Virus record (IMG/VR): IMGVR_UViG_3300037502_003770
Span: 248,695-312,694 of that record
Reading direction: 5' to 3' (one strand)
DNA: 64,000 nt
The first letter of the stretch is position 1. Each line of letters opens with the position of its first letter. Below are positions 17,542 through 28,879 of this stretch, piece by piece. The notes under the pieces were generated by a model that saw only the letters and a list, made by a program, of their open reading frames with translations, did no database searches and had not been told where the DNA came from. Both the position numbers and the translations under genes were made by a program.

Positions 17542-20500
17542 ATGGTAAATAAAATACTATCAAATAAATACAATAATGTTTTATTTGTAGACCCTAATGC
17601 TGTTGCTGCTAATGATACTGTAGATATTTATAATATTTCAACAAGTCCTGAAAATATAAGACCTCACTTAGAGTTTTATTGTATTCCTAGAATTGGTAAT
17701 AATATAACACTAGATAAAAATAATAAAGCTATTTTATCTGATAATAATTCTATTAATAATATAAAAGTTAATTTTTTAGGTTTTGATAGTAACACTGGTC
17801 ATTATACAAATAAATATTTAACTGATATATATAATCAAGAAAGAACTGATAATTTTGAAGGTTTTGGTATTACTAATATAAATATTAAAATATCAGCAAA
17901 TTATGTCCCTGAAGTAAATATAGAATTTATTGATATTAAAGGTAGAAGTATAAGTGATATTAATTCACCATATAGAAGATTATTTGATGTACCACCTCCT
18001 TTATTTAAATTAATAGTTAAAGGTGGTTATGGTTTATTTACTGAATTTGATTTATATATTACAAAACATGAAATAAGTTCTGATGAATCTCAAAATTTAA
18101 TTATAAAAGCTGATTTTATTGGTGATAGATATGGTGTTTTAACCGATGTATTATTAGGTTATTTAAATTCAGTTTATTTCATGGAAAGTAATTCTACTGG
18201 AATAGATATTAGTTCACAAACAAAAGCTACAAGTTTTTATGAATTTATGTCTAGGTCTAAAGTTCTTTATTCAAATGTAGATAAATTTAAAAAGAATAGC
18301 TCTTTATTTAAAAAACAAGAAGCTATTCAAGAAAAAATAAACAAAATAAAAGAAGTAGATGATAATATAAAAAATCTATTATCAATAGATGAATTACTTT
18401 CTCAAATAAAAAGTCTTTATGAAACAAATAGTACTAAATATACTTTAGTAAATAATAATTTAATTTCATCACCTAATATTATTAATATTGGTGATAATGA
18501 ATTTTCTATTGAGTTAGATAAAATTTTTGTATCAGATTATATTAAAACAGTAAAAAAACAATTTTCAGATTTATTATTTAATATAAATTCTAGTTTTCCT
18601 GAATTTGGTCTAAATTATAATATTGATGAAGATATTGAAATTCTTACGTTTACAAACCAAAATAATTCTTTAGGTTTAAGATTTACTAAAATAATAGAAA
18701 AAAACAAAAATTATTTATCTACTTTAGAAAAAGAGTTAAAATCAACAAATGAATTATTAGCAAAAGAAGCTGAAGATATAGTATTTCAAACAATTTCATC
18801 AAAACCTACTATTGGTAATATATTTTCTTTTATTCTAAAAGATACTGATAAATTTTTAAAATTATTAAAACAATCAGGAGATGAAGGTGGTAAACGTACT
18901 TTACGAATAAATAATAATATTAAAACAAGAGGCGGTTATCCTACTGTAATTAATAATAGTGGTAAAGTTATATATCCTGGTATTTTAGATGAGTTTAAAG
19001 ATTTTCCTGAAGTAAAATTTGTTGAAAAATATTTAAATGCTTTAATTAATAAAAAACTAACTGATTCTGAAATAGATAGACAATTTATTTCACAAGGTAC
19101 TAATACAACACAAACTGGTAATGAAAGTTATATACCTATTTCTGTTGACGAATCATTTTCAATAAGGAAAAGTTTAGGTGTAGAAAATTATTATTATAAT
19201 ATAAATAATGATTTTAGAAAAATATTTACTAATGTATTTTTACGTTATGTAGTTTTAAGGGATAGTATTTATTATAATCAATTTAATAATGAAAATATTT
19301 TAACTTTTTATGCAAAAGCTGAAGCTAGAAACATAGTTTATTCTATGATAGCTAATAAAAAAATGTTAGATATTTTAACAAAAAAAGGTTTTGATACTTT
19401 AAATAAAAGTAATTATTATGAAGATTTAGTTAGAACTATATTTAATAATCAATTACCTGAAGAGATTATTAAAATTAATAAAGGTAAAGAAGAAAAAATA
19501 CCATTTGAAATTGGTTTAATTAAAGAAAAAATAGATTATTTATCAACATCTAATAAAGATTATAATTCATTAAAAATAATTAAAGCAGATGAAAATTATA
19601 CATTTTCACCTAGTCAAGTTACTATTTCATCAACAAATGATATTATTTCAGAATACATAAATGGTCAGAAAAATTTTATTGATAATATATTAGATTCTTT
19701 TGTATTTGATGATTTAAATAAATTGGAATTTAATCAAAATTTTTTCTTTAATAAAGATAAGAATTATAATAATGAATTAGGTAATTCAAATAGTGATTTT
19801 TTAAATTTAAAAGATAATAATATATTAACTAAAATTTTTAATTATATAGTTGGTATTGAAACAAAAAATAATTTATATTCGTTTTTTCAAACAGCTACAA
19901 TAAAAGAATATAATTTTTCTAAAGATTCAATTGATACTACCAATGGTATATCTATTGATGTATTATTTAATAGTTTATCTTATTCTTCCGATGCTTCTTA
20001 TTTTCGTGATTTTATTACCAAAATGACTTTTAAATTATCAACACCATCTTTAGTTGAAATACCATATTTATTCATTTTATATTTTGGTTATATATTAAAA
20101 GAAATGAATAAATCTAATAGTACTTTTATTAATGATATTGGTCGTAGTATTGATTTTCAAGGTTTAAATTCTAATATTGACGAACAGTTTTTTATTGATG
20201 AATATAATTCTTTTTTAAATAATAGTAACTTATTTGAATATAAAATTTTACCTGAATCAACTGATGAGAATGAAAAATTCTTTTTGGATAATTTTTTAAT
20301 TAAAAGATATATTTTAGTTAAAAATAATAATTGTTTTAGAATATTGAAACAAGAAAGTAAAAGAACTTTTTCTCAAGTAAATGATAATAAAATAAATACT
20401 TATTTAAAACACTTAATAAGTGAAATGCTTAATGTTGCAAAATCTTATTTATCTGATTTAAATAAAGAAGAACAAAAAATTCGTTCCGAAATAAATGATA

Positions 20501-22152
20501 ATGATTTAAAAGAACAGGTTTATTATAATTTTAAAACAATATATGAAAGATATTTATATAATAAAGAATATAAACCTTTTGCCGATAATAATGGTATTCC
20601 GTTAGAACAAAGTTTTCAATTTGTTGATAGAGTATATAAAGATATTTCTCAAGACGTAATATTGACTTATGATAAACTTGTTCAAGATTCAAAAACCGAT
20701 GATATAAGTATTTATACATCTATTTCAAATTTATTATCACATAATAATTTTATATTTTTCCCTTTTCAAAATTTTATAGCATCAGGTGATGGTAATTTAG
20801 AAGAGTGGATAAAATGTTTTCAAGTAAGTAATACTAATATAAGAGAAAATCAATCAAAACCTAGTTTTGTTTGTATGTTTACAGGTGGTTATTCTAATTA
20901 TTTAAATATTGATAATAATTCTCCATCATATCCTGATGATGGTGTTAAAATATATAATTTTGATGAAAACAGTAATTATGTTATAAATAATAATTTACCA
21001 CAAGATTTTTTATCTGGTAATACAATATATTGTTTTAGATATAATTATGGTCAACAAAATGAAGCTGTTTTTAATGGTATTAATTTAAGTACAACCCAAT
21101 TTAATAATACTGATGCTTCTTTAAAAATACAAGATTCCGTAATTAATCAACAATATAATTCAAACCCTATTTCTAAAGGACAGAGTTTATTAAATATTTA
21201 TAGAAATTTATCATATACTCTATCTTCAGGTATATATTATGGTAATGTATGTATTCAACCTACACAATATATACAATTAGATAATGTACCTTTATTTAAT
21301 GGTTTATATATGATATATGAAGTTGAACATAAAATGTCTACTAATAATAGATTAGAAACATCTTTTAAGGCTTACCGTATTAATAAATATGTTATTCGTT
21401 TAGTAACAGATATTGCTTTAGATATATTTGGTATTGATACAGGTGTTAATAGTTCACAAAATGAAATTAATACTACTAATACAAATAATTCTAACGATAC
21501 ACTATTTTTACAAAGTAAAGTAAAAGAAAATTCAACTCAATTTGTTCAGAAAGCACAAGATATAGCTACTAAATTTAATATTAATCCAGATTGGTTAATG
21601 TTAGTTATTGATACTGAAACAGGTTTTAATGATAATGTAATTAGAGGTAGAGTAAATAATAATGTTGGTTTAACTCAATTATTACCGATTACAATTCAAG
21701 AATTAATTAACCAATATAAATTAAATATTTCAGTAGAAACATTAAGAAATAGAATTATAAATGCACCTTATGTAAATATTAATTCAAATGGTTTAGATAA
21801 AACTAAAGGTTTCTTTTATACAGGTAATCATGATAATAATGACCAATTAGATTATTTTTATATGTACTATAATATAGCTTCAATAAAAAACAGAAACATT
21901 AAAGATATTTATCCAAGTTTTTATCATATGAAAGCTTTTGGTTTTGAACCTTATGGGGTATATGTCAAATATCTTAAAAGTAATTCTTCTGATTCTGAAT
22001 TTAGAAAAGATTCTTTATCTTATAATCCAGAAGTTTTAAAATATAATTCTGATGTTATTGGTAAAGAAGGTATTATTGAAAATATGATTCAATTCTTTAA
22101 CAATAAAATGAAAAAAGAGTACAAGTATCCTATCGAAAATCTTGTTTCTTAA
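17542..22152 (+). CDS. Baseplate hub protein with a C-terminal lytic transglycosylase-like domain
   Basis: 1536 aa; N-terminal FGITNINIK...PEVNIEFIDIKGR hub region, late GNVCIQPTQYIQLDNVPLFNGLYMIYEVEH, and C-terminal INPDWLMLVIDTETG...VGLTQLLP...DQLDY. Confidence 0.7.
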   Translation: MVNKILSNKYNNVLFVDPNAVAANDTVDIYNISTSPENIRPHLEFYCIPRIGNNITLDKNNKAILSDNNSINNIKVNFLGFDSNTGHYTNKYLTDIYNQERTDNFEGFGITNINIKISANYVPEVNIEFIDIKGRSISDINSPYRRLFDVPPPLFKLIVKGGYGLFTEFDLYITKHEISSDESQNLIIKADFIGDRYGVLTDVLLGYLNSVYFMESNSTGIDISSQTKATSFYEFMSRSKVLYSNVDKFKKNSSLFKKQEAIQEKINKIKEVDDNIKNLLSIDELLSQIKSLYETNSTKYTLVNNNLISSPNIINIGDNEFSIELDKIFVSDYIKTVKKQFSDLLFNINSSFPEFGLNYNIDEDIEILTFTNQNNSLGLRFTKIIEKNKNYLSTLEKELKSTNELLAKEAEDIVFQTISSKPTIGNIFSFILKDTDKFLKLLKQSGDEGGKRTLRINNNIKTRGGYPTVINNSGKVIYPGILDEFKDFPEVKFVEKYLNALINKKLTDSEIDRQFISQGTNTTQTGNESYIPISVDESFSIRKSLGVENYYYNINNDFRKIFTNVFLRYVVLRDSIYYNQFNNENILTFYAKAEARNIVYSMIANKKMLDILTKKGFDTLNKSNYYEDLVRTIFNNQLPEEIIKINKGKEEKIPFEIGLIKEKIDYLSTSNKDYNSLKIIKADENYTFSPSQVTISSTNDIISEYINGQKNFIDNILDSFVFDDLNKLEFNQNFFFNKDKNYNNELGNSNSDFLNLKDNNILTKIFNYIVGIETKNNLYSFFQTATIKEYNFSKDSIDTTNGISIDVLFNSLSYSSDASYFRDFITKMTFKLSTPSLVEIPYLFILYFGYILKEMNKSNSTFINDIGRSIDFQGLNSNIDEQFFIDEYNSFLNNSNLFEYKILPESTDENEKFFLDNFLIKRYILVKNNNCFRILKQESKRTFSQVNDNKINTYLKHLISEMLNVAKSYLSDLNKEEQKIRSEINDNDLKEQVYYNFKTIYERYLYNKEYKPFADNNGIPLEQSFQFVDRVYKDISQDVILTYDKLVQDSKTDDISIYTSISNLLSHNNFIFFPFQNFIASGDGNLEEWIKCFQVSNTNIRENQSKPSFVCMFTGGYSNYLNIDNNSPSYPDDGVKIYNFDENSNYVINNNLPQDFLSGNTIYCFRYNYGQQNEAVFNGINLSTTQFNNTDASLKIQDSVINQQYNSNPISKGQSLLNIYRNLSYTLSSGIYYGNVCIQPTQYIQLDNVPLFNGLYMIYEVEHKMSTNNRLETSFKAYRINKYVIRLVTDIALDIFGIDTGVNSSQNEINTTNTNNSNDTLFLQSKVKENSTQFVQKAQDIATKFNINPDWLMLVIDTETGFNDNVIRGRVNNNVGLTQLLPITIQELINQYKLNISVETLRNRIINAPYVNINSNGLDKTKGFFYTGNHDNNDQLDYFYMYYNIASIKNRNIKDIYPSFYHMKAFGFEPYGVYVKYLKSNSSDSEFRKDSLSYNPEVLKYNSDVIGKEGIIENMIQFFNNKMKKEYKYPIENLVS

Positions 22153-22155
22153 TTT

Positions 22156-22764
22156 ATGCCGTTATTTAATTTTCTTATTGAAGATAAAAAGATTATCACA
22201 AATCAAAATAATTCTGAAATATATAATTATTGTTCTTATTCAGATAATATATTTGAAAATGAAGTCAATATTATATATGGTTATGAAAAAGCTAAACAAA
22301 TTTTAAATAAAAAAATAGATGTTTCTACATACAAAATAACTGATAACATATATTGGTTAGCTAAAAAAGATGAAAGTAGTAAATATTTTATTGATGGATT
22401 AAATTATATTACTGATAATATATATGATATACTAACAAAAAATATTCATATTAAAAAAATAGATATTTCTTTTGAAGAAGATTATTTTAGTAAATTAGAT
22501 AATATTATTAAAGATGAAAGTATTATATATACAAATAATAAAATTGACTATTATCTTTATTTAGATAATATTATTTATATTTTTGATTTAAGGTATTTAT
22601 ATTATTTTGAAATGAATAAAGAAATATCATTATTATATAATAAACTCAATAAAGGTGTATATGATAAAACTAATGAAAAATATAATATATACAAGAGTTT
22701 ATTTTATAAAGAAAATGATATTTTAAAATATATACCATTCTTTTTGAAAAAGCACTATTTATAA
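22156..22764 (+). CDS. Hypothetical protein
   Basis: 202-aa ORF tightly coupled to the hub gene. Confidence 0.6.
   Translation: MPLFNFLIEDKKIITNQNNSEIYNYCSYSDNIFENEVNIIYGYEKAKQILNKKIDVSTYKITDNIYWLAKKDESSKYFIDGLNYITDNIYDILTKNIHIKKIDISFEEDYFSKLDNIIKDESIIYTNNKIDYYLYLDNIIYIFDLRYLYYFEMNKEISLLYNKLNKGVYDKTNEKYNIYKSLFYKENDILKYIPFFLKKHYL
22754..22763 (+). promoter_or_regulatory. Promoter motif ACTATTTATA
   Basis: 12 nt before the ATG at 22775. Confidence 0.6.
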
Positions 22765-22774
22765 TAAAAATATT

Positions 22775-22960
22775 ATGGAAAATAATAAAATAACAAATAA
22801 AGTAGAAAAGTTTTTAAATAAAACTTCTAAAGAAGAAACAAAAGAAACTGTTAAAGTTATCAATAATAATGATGGTTTAATTGATTTGAATGAAGTAATA
22901 AACAAAACAGTTAAGAGTTCAGACGGTAGAACTTTATTACGTGAAGTTACAAATTACTAA
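22775..22960 (+). CDS. Small hypothetical protein
   Basis: 61 aa, DGLIDL...SSDGRTLLRE; has its own promoter motif. Confidence 0.65.
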   Translation: MENNKITNKVEKFLNKTSKEETKETVKVINNNDGLIDLNEVINKTVKSSDGRTLLREVTNY

Positions 22961-22961
22961 A

Positions 22962-22983
22962 AAATACTATTTATAAATAAATA
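22962..22983 (+). promoter_or_regulatory. Extended promoter motif AAATACTATTTATAAATAAATA
   Basis: 22 bp identical to 46202-46223; both copies sit about 10 nt before an ATG. Confidence 0.7.
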
Positions 22984-22992
22984 ATATTTATA

Positions 22993-23604
22993 ATGGAATA
23001 TAAATCTAAATTTAAACATTTACTTGAATTTAATATTAAAGGTACTAAAGATTTATCTTTAAAAGAAATAGATGGTGATAACAATACGGATTCTACTGGT
23101 TTAGAATTACCAGATTTAGGTTTAGATGAACCTAATCAAAATAATGAATTACCTTCATTACCACCTACTAATAATGAAACACCTCCTGAAATGGAGAGTA
23201 ATATTGATACAAATGAAAATCCTTTAAGCGGTGATGTTGATGTTTTAGGTTCTATTGCTAAAGTACATGCTCAAAAATTAGATAAAGTTTTAGATTTTAT
23301 CAATGATTTAAATGATAAAATGAAAAATTTAGATAAAACAATTGAAACACAAACTGAAACAATATCCAAACAACAAGAAGAAATAAAAAAATTAAAACCT
23401 CCTACTCCATTAGAAAATTTATATAGAATGGTAGATATAACTGGTGGTAAAACAATAGACCAATATTGGAATAGTTATTCTCAAGATAAAGGTTTAGATA
23501 AAAGCTTTACTCCAGATGAAGAAGGTTTTTATAGTATAGATATTAAAGATATTAATACTAAATCTAGTACATCAGTTAAAGATTCTCTTTTTAATAATAA
23601 ATAA
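22993..23604 (+). CDS. Putative head-internal/scaffold-like protein
   Basis: Acidic Pro-rich linker, coiled coil and LKPPTPLE motif; structural context. Confidence 0.5.
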   Translation: MEYKSKFKHLLEFNIKGTKDLSLKEIDGDNNTDSTGLELPDLGLDEPNQNNELPSLPPTNNETPPEMESNIDTNENPLSGDVDVLGSIAKVHAQKLDKVLDFINDLNDKMKNLDKTIETQTETISKQQEEIKKLKPPTPLENLYRMVDITGGKTIDQYWNSYSQDKGLDKSFTPDEEGFYSIDIKDINTKSSTSVKDSLFNNK

Positions 23605-23606
23605 AA

Positions 23607-25004
23607 ATGTCAATTTTTAGAAGTTATATCAATAAACAATCTACATTAATAAACAGTAATGCTAGTACAAACACGACTAATAATTCATTAAATCCTATTA
23701 TAGAAATAGGTTATGGTAATAGTAGTATGAGTTTTACAGGGACAACTGTACCTATAACAGCTACAACTTCTAGTAGATATATTTTTGATATTGATTTAAC
23801 TCCTTTAAGAAATAAAATAAATTATTATGAATATAATTCATCTCTTTTTGAAAAACATACTTTAAATTTTACAAATGTTATTTCTTTTAGTAAAGATGAA
23901 ATAATGTATGATTTTTTAGAAAATAAAAGAGCAAATGATATTACTTTAGTTTTATATAAACTAAATGAAAGTTTTATACAAGGTAATGGATATGATTATG
24001 TTTATAATACAAATACTGTAATTAATCAAAATCAATTAAATACAGCTTCTAATTGGATAAAAAGAGATAATACGAATAATTGGACAGAAGAAGGTTCTTT
24101 TACTACATTAGACCCATCTGATATTATTGATACACAATATATTGAATATGGTTATGAAGATTTAAATTTTGATGTTACAAACTATATTAATAGTGTTTTA
24201 TTTAGTGGAACAACTCATTATGGTTTTGGGATATGTTTATCATCTAGTACTGAAACTTTAAAAAGTGAAAAGTATAATGTAATAACTTTTTATTCAAGAA
24301 CAACTAATACTTTTTATAAACCTTATTTACAAAGTAAATATAATGATTTTGTTTATGAGAACAGGAATAAATTTTATTTAGATAATGTAAACACTTTATG
24401 TTTTAGTACATCTAAACCTTTAAACTCATCTCCTACCGTATCTATTAAAGATTATAATAATCTATCTTTTTCAAGTTTTACACCTATTAAAATAAGTAAG
24501 TTTTTATATAAAATAGATTTTTCCGTAAGTTCATCATCTTACCCTGATTTAGTTAATTTTTATGATGAATGGTCTTATAATAATAAAACTAGAATACAAG
24601 AATTTACTCTTTATGATAGTGAATCATTATATGAAATGGATAGTCATATAAATAATTATGAATTATGGTATGGTGTACATGGTATTAAAAACAATCAAAC
24701 CATTTCAAATAGTACAGGTACTAAAAGAATAAATTTAAATATTAAACAATTAAAAGATTCAAGAATAACAAACGAACCTGAAATTTTTAATTTACAATAT
24801 AGAGTTTACACAACACAAGGTAAGAATGAAATAGAAATCATTCCTTATACAAATATAAATAAAATTGAAAGTAATTATTACTTTGATATAGATTTTTCTT
24901 GGTTTATACCTCAATTCTATTATTTACAAATAAGAGTTGCCAATAATGATATAGAATATAAAAACAACCAATTAATAAAGTTTAGAATTGTGGAGAATTT
25001 TTAA
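23607..25004 (+). CDS. Beta-rich virion structural protein
   Basis: 465 aa, Thr/Asn/Ser-rich, SRYIFDIDL...ASNWIKRD...W motifs; structural context. Confidence 0.55.
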   Translation: MSIFRSYINKQSTLINSNASTNTTNNSLNPIIEIGYGNSSMSFTGTTVPITATTSSRYIFDIDLTPLRNKINYYEYNSSLFEKHTLNFTNVISFSKDEIMYDFLENKRANDITLVLYKLNESFIQGNGYDYVYNTNTVINQNQLNTASNWIKRDNTNNWTEEGSFTTLDPSDIIDTQYIEYGYEDLNFDVTNYINSVLFSGTTHYGFGICLSSSTETLKSEKYNVITFYSRTTNTFYKPYLQSKYNDFVYENRNKFYLDNVNTLCFSTSKPLNSSPTVSIKDYNNLSFSSFTPIKISKFLYKIDFSVSSSSYPDLVNFYDEWSYNNKTRIQEFTLYDSESLYEMDSHINNYELWYGVHGIKNNQTISNSTGTKRINLNIKQLKDSRITNEPEIFNLQYRVYTTQGKNEIEIIPYTNINKIESNYYFDIDFSWFIPQFYYLQIRVANNDIEYKNNQLIKFRIVENF

Positions 25005-25017
25005 AAAATATTTTTCT

Positions 25018-25027
25018 ACTATTTATA
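25018..25027 (+). promoter_or_regulatory. Promoter motif ACTATTTATA
   Basis: Intergenic, 81 nt before the SSB-like gene. Confidence 0.5.
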
Positions 25028-25107
25028 TAAAACTATTAACAATTTTAAACTACAATAGTATATTAAACAAATTAAATAATTTTAAACAAACAAAAACATT
25101 TTAACTT

Positions 25108-25938
25108 ATGGGATTTCAATCAAAATCTAATGCCCCACAAAAAAACGTTCATTTTATCCAAATCAAATCTGAACAAGACGAAAACAAAGTAATTACTGGT
25201 AAATTTTTTCAAGTAACAACTAAAGACCCTGAAACTAACGGTTATAAAACCGAACTAATGAAATCAGGTGCTAATCCAAAACCATTTTTCGGTTATCTAA
25301 TTAGAATAGATAGAAAATTAGATGCAACAATTAAGAAAAAAGATGGTACAATTATTTTAGACCCACATTTAGTATTTGTATTTAACGATGGTCCGAAAGA
25401 CCCGAATGAATATCATTTAAAAATGCGTTGGACAACCGATAAAGGTCAAGTAGAAATTAATACTGGTACTTTATTAAATAGTTTAGCTGGTTGTAAGAAG
25501 TTTGGTTATTTTAAACTTTCAATTGTAGAAAGCGAAGATAAAGAAACTAACAAAAAAAGACACAATATCTATCTTAGAAATGATATTAACTTTAAAGGTG
25601 ATGTAGCATCTTTCTATCCTCCAAAAGACGGTTCAGAAGATAAAACAAAAACCAGATGGATGTATGACTACAAAGATATTCCAGCTTTTTCTATTAAAGA
25701 AAATATTAAAGGTAAACTTAGAGATGTAGATAATAAGGAAGAACATCAAGAATTTTATTTAAATTTGATTGATAATCATATTCAACATAAAATTGATAAG
25801 TACTTGGAATCAATATCTGTAACAAAATCTGATGAATTTCCTTTAGATGTAGAAGACTATGAAGAAGATGATATTATTTCAGATGTAGAAGAAACGGAAA
25901 CAAATGAAGTTTTAGAAGACGATGATTTACCGTTTTAA
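25108..25938 (+). CDS. Single-stranded DNA-binding protein-like
   Basis: Acidic tail ending EDDDLPF (SSB-type C-terminal tip); immediately upstream of RecA. Confidence 0.6.
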   Translation: MGFQSKSNAPQKNVHFIQIKSEQDENKVITGKFFQVTTKDPETNGYKTELMKSGANPKPFFGYLIRIDRKLDATIKKKDGTIILDPHLVFVFNDGPKDPNEYHLKMRWTTDKGQVEINTGTLLNSLAGCKKFGYFKLSIVESEDKETNKKRHNIYLRNDINFKGDVASFYPPKDGSEDKTKTRWMYDYKDIPAFSIKENIKGKLRDVDNKEEHQEFYLNLIDNHIQHKIDKYLESISVTKSDEFPLDVEDYEEDDIISDVEETETNEVLEDDDLPF

Positions 25939-25956
25939 TTAATTTTTATTATTAAG

Positions 25957-25995
25957 TTAACAAGCGTTATTGATATTTTCTTTAACGCTTGTTAA
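25957..25995. terminator. 13-bp stem-loop between the SSB-like gene and recA
   Basis: TTAACAAGCGTTA / TAACGCTTGTTAA. Confidence 0.55.
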
Positions 25996-26038
25996 TTATA
26001 TTCATATTTTTATCAATATTAAATCCAAATTTATACAC

Positions 26039-27166
26039 ATGTCAAGAATTAAAGAAAAAGAAGAGAAAAAAAGTATTACAAAAAAAGTTTTTTCATTATC
26101 AGATTATAAAGAAAATAATGATTTAAACGAATCATCAAAAGACAAAGAAATGTCTTTTTATGAATTAAGTCCAGCTTTTAAAGAAGCTACTGGGTTGCCT
26201 GGTTTTGCAAAAGGTTATGTCCATGTTGTAAGGGGGTTTTCAGATACAGGTAAAAGTACAGCAGCATTTGAGGCAGCTGTAGCAGCACAAAAATGTGGTG
26301 ATATTCCTGTGATTATGGATATGGAAAACAACTTAGATTGGAAACACTTAGAAAATATGGGTTTTGAGTATACTGAAATTGTTGACCCAGATACAGGTGA
26401 AGTAACAGGTTATGATGGTAATTTTATTTATGCTGATACATCTTATATTGTAAGACATATTTCTAAAAAAAGAGATAAAGCTGCGACAGAAGCAACAATT
26501 GAAGATAGTGCCAAGTTTATACATAAACTTTTAGACGACCAAGCATCAGGAAAACTACCATTTAATTTATGTTTTATTTATGATTCAGTTGGTGTACTTA
26601 ATAGTATTCAAACTGTAAAATCATTAGATAATGAAACATCTAATAATAATCAATGGAACGCAGGTGCTTATGAATCATCTTTTAAAAGTATTTTAAATCA
26701 ATTAATTCCAAATTCAAGAAAAGAAATTTCTGAATATATTAATACTTTAATTGTAGTAAATAGAGTTTGGGAGAAAAGTGTAGCTGGAAAACCTGTTATT
26801 GAAAATAAAGGTGGTAAATCTTTTTATTCAGCTTGTAGAACACTTATTCATTGTGGTGGTGTAATGTCTCATGGTATTAAGAAAATTAATGCTGTTAAGA
26901 ATGGTAATACTGTTTTATTAGGTAATGTTACTAAATTATCAGTTGTTAAAAATCAATTAGGTGGTGGTTACGGAGGTATTTCACTAGAAGGTGATATTAT
27001 TTCAACTCCACATGGTTATATTTCAAATACACCTGAAGCTATTAAAAAATACAAACAAGATTATTTAGAGTATTTTGCTAAATTATTAGGTGATAATGAT
27101 TTTGAATTAAAAGAAGATATTAAATATACAAAAGAATTTTTAGATGAAGAAGGAAGTATTGAGTAG
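26039..27166 (+). CDS. recA: RecA/UvsX recombinase
   Basis: Walker A GFSDTGKS, MDMEN, IYDSVG and GGKSFYSACR motifs. Start moved from 25970 to the ATG at 26039. Confidence 0.9.
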   Translation: MSRIKEKEEKKSITKKVFSLSDYKENNDLNESSKDKEMSFYELSPAFKEATGLPGFAKGYVHVVRGFSDTGKSTAAFEAAVAAQKCGDIPVIMDMENNLDWKHLENMGFEYTEIVDPDTGEVTGYDGNFIYADTSYIVRHISKKRDKAATEATIEDSAKFIHKLLDDQASGKLPFNLCFIYDSVGVLNSIQTVKSLDNETSNNNQWNAGAYESSFKSILNQLIPNSRKEISEYINTLIVVNRVWEKSVAGKPVIENKGGKSFYSACRTLIHCGGVMSHGIKKINAVKNGNTVLLGNVTKLSVVKNQLGGGYGGISLEGDIISTPHGYISNTPEAIKKYKQDYLEYFAKLLGDNDFELKEDIKYTKEFLDEEGSIE

Positions 27167-28283
27167 AACTGTTAAACCAATACCTAAATTAAATACACTA
27201 CCATTAACCAATACTATAACTTTATTAGTTGATGGTAGTTATTTAATTAAAAAATCATTTTTAGGTGCTGATAGTTTAAACAATTCTCAAGGCACACATA
27301 TTGGTGCATTATATTCATTTATAATGACAATTAGAAAAATTATAAAAGAAACTAATGCTAATAAATGTGTTGTATTTTTTGATGGTGATAATTCAGGTAA
27401 ATATAGATATACTTTATATGAAGATTATAAAGCTAATAGAACAAGTAAAGATTGGTATAAAAAAATATCTCTTTCAGAAAAAGAAGTTTTAAATGAAGAG
27501 ATAAAACAAAAATCACTTCTTTCCCAAAAAGTAAAAATTCAAAACTATTTAGAAAACTTGTATATTAGACAAATAGAATGTGAATATATAGAATCTGATG
27601 ATTTAATAGCTCAATATTGTAAAAATTATCATAAAGAAGAAAAAATACACATATATACTAATGATAGAGATATGTGCCAATTAATAGAATATGATAATGT
27701 ATCAATTTATTTAGCTAATCAGAAGAAACTTTTTAACAAAGATAATTATTTTTTGTTATTTAAACATTCTTATAAAAATCTTAAATTGATAAAAACTATT
27801 TGCGGTGATTCATCTGATAATATAAAAGGTATTAAAGGTTGTGGTGAAACTGTTTTATTAAAACATTTTCCTGAATTAAACGATAATACTACATACGATT
27901 TTTATTATATTATAAATAAAGCAAAAGAAATAAATGAAGAAAGAATTAAAAACAAACAAAAACCTTTAGCTTTTTTAGATAATATAGTAGATGGTATTTT
28001 TTCAGGTGATTTAAAAGTAAAATCAGCTATTAATCAATTTAAGATTTATGATGAAATCATTGACTTACTAAACCCAATATTAAACCATGAAGCAATACAC
28101 GAATTAAAGATTATATCTGAATATCCATTGGATATTGAAAATAGGACAAGCAAACATTTACTTGAAATGATGAACCAAGATAGTTTTTTTGAAAATTATA
28201 AAGGTAGTCTATCAAGTTTTACCGAACCGTTTCATCCTTTAATTTTAAAGGAAAAACAACTTTATAAAGAAAACAATAATTAA
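27144..28283 (+). CDS. 5'-3' exonuclease / phage RNase H (FEN/PolI N-terminal family)
   Basis: LLVDGS, VFFDG, ESDDLI, TNDRD and GDSSDNIKGIKGCG motifs. Confidence 0.92.
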   Translation: MKKEVLSRTVKPIPKLNTLPLTNTITLLVDGSYLIKKSFLGADSLNNSQGTHIGALYSFIMTIRKIIKETNANKCVVFFDGDNSGKYRYTLYEDYKANRTSKDWYKKISLSEKEVLNEEIKQKSLLSQKVKIQNYLENLYIRQIECEYIESDDLIAQYCKNYHKEEKIHIYTNDRDMCQLIEYDNVSIYLANQKKLFNKDNYFLLFKHSYKNLKLIKTICGDSSDNIKGIKGCGETVLLKHFPELNDNTTYDFYYIINKAKEINEERIKNKQKPLAFLDNIVDGIFSGDLKVKSAINQFKIYDEIIDLLNPILNHEAIHELKIISEYPLDIENRTSKHLLEMMNQDSFFENYKGSLSSFTEPFHPLILKEKQLYKENNN

Positions 28284-28299
28284 TTAAATTCAAATTTAT

Positions 28300-28836
28300 A
28301 TGGAAAATAATAAATCAGATTACATTTTTACTTTAAAAATCAATAATCATAATATTTCTCAAAGATGCTTCCCAGCTGATATTTTTAATCATGATGTTAG
28401 ATATAATGTTGATATTAAAGATATTAGTAAAAATTTTATTCACAGATTACAAACTATTCTTAGTAAAAAAACTAATGAATTAACATTTTTTGATACTGAA
28501 GTAAAGGGTCTTTCTAAAAGAAAACCAGATTTTATAGTACCAGAAGATTTAACAGAAGCTTTCAGTTATTCATTATCTTATGATAATAATACAATTATTG
28601 AAAGAAAGTTTACAGTTAAAAACTTTAATATTAAATCAACATATAGTAATGAACTATATGAAGAAATTTTAAATATTACTAGAGATATTTCTGATAAGCT
28701 TTTAGCTGCTGATAAAAAACAACAAATCGAAGAATATTTATTAACAAATTATTATAATTATCAAATTTCTGATATTAGAGTAATGGAACCTTCTAAGAAA
28801 AAAGCTCTTTTACAAAAAGTAAATCATTTAATTTAA
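28300..28836 (+). CDS. Hypothetical protein
   Basis: 178-aa ORF in the replication operon. Confidence 0.65.
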   Translation: MENNKSDYIFTLKINNHNISQRCFPADIFNHDVRYNVDIKDISKNFIHRLQTILSKKTNELTFFDTEVKGLSKRKPDFIVPEDLTEAFSYSLSYDNNTIIERKFTVKNFNIKSTYSNELYEEILNITRDISDKLLAADKKQQIEEYLLTNYYNYQISDIRVMEPSKKKALLQKVNHLI

Positions 28837-28879
28837 TAAAACTAATTTTAAACAAAACTAAAACATTTTAAACAACTTT

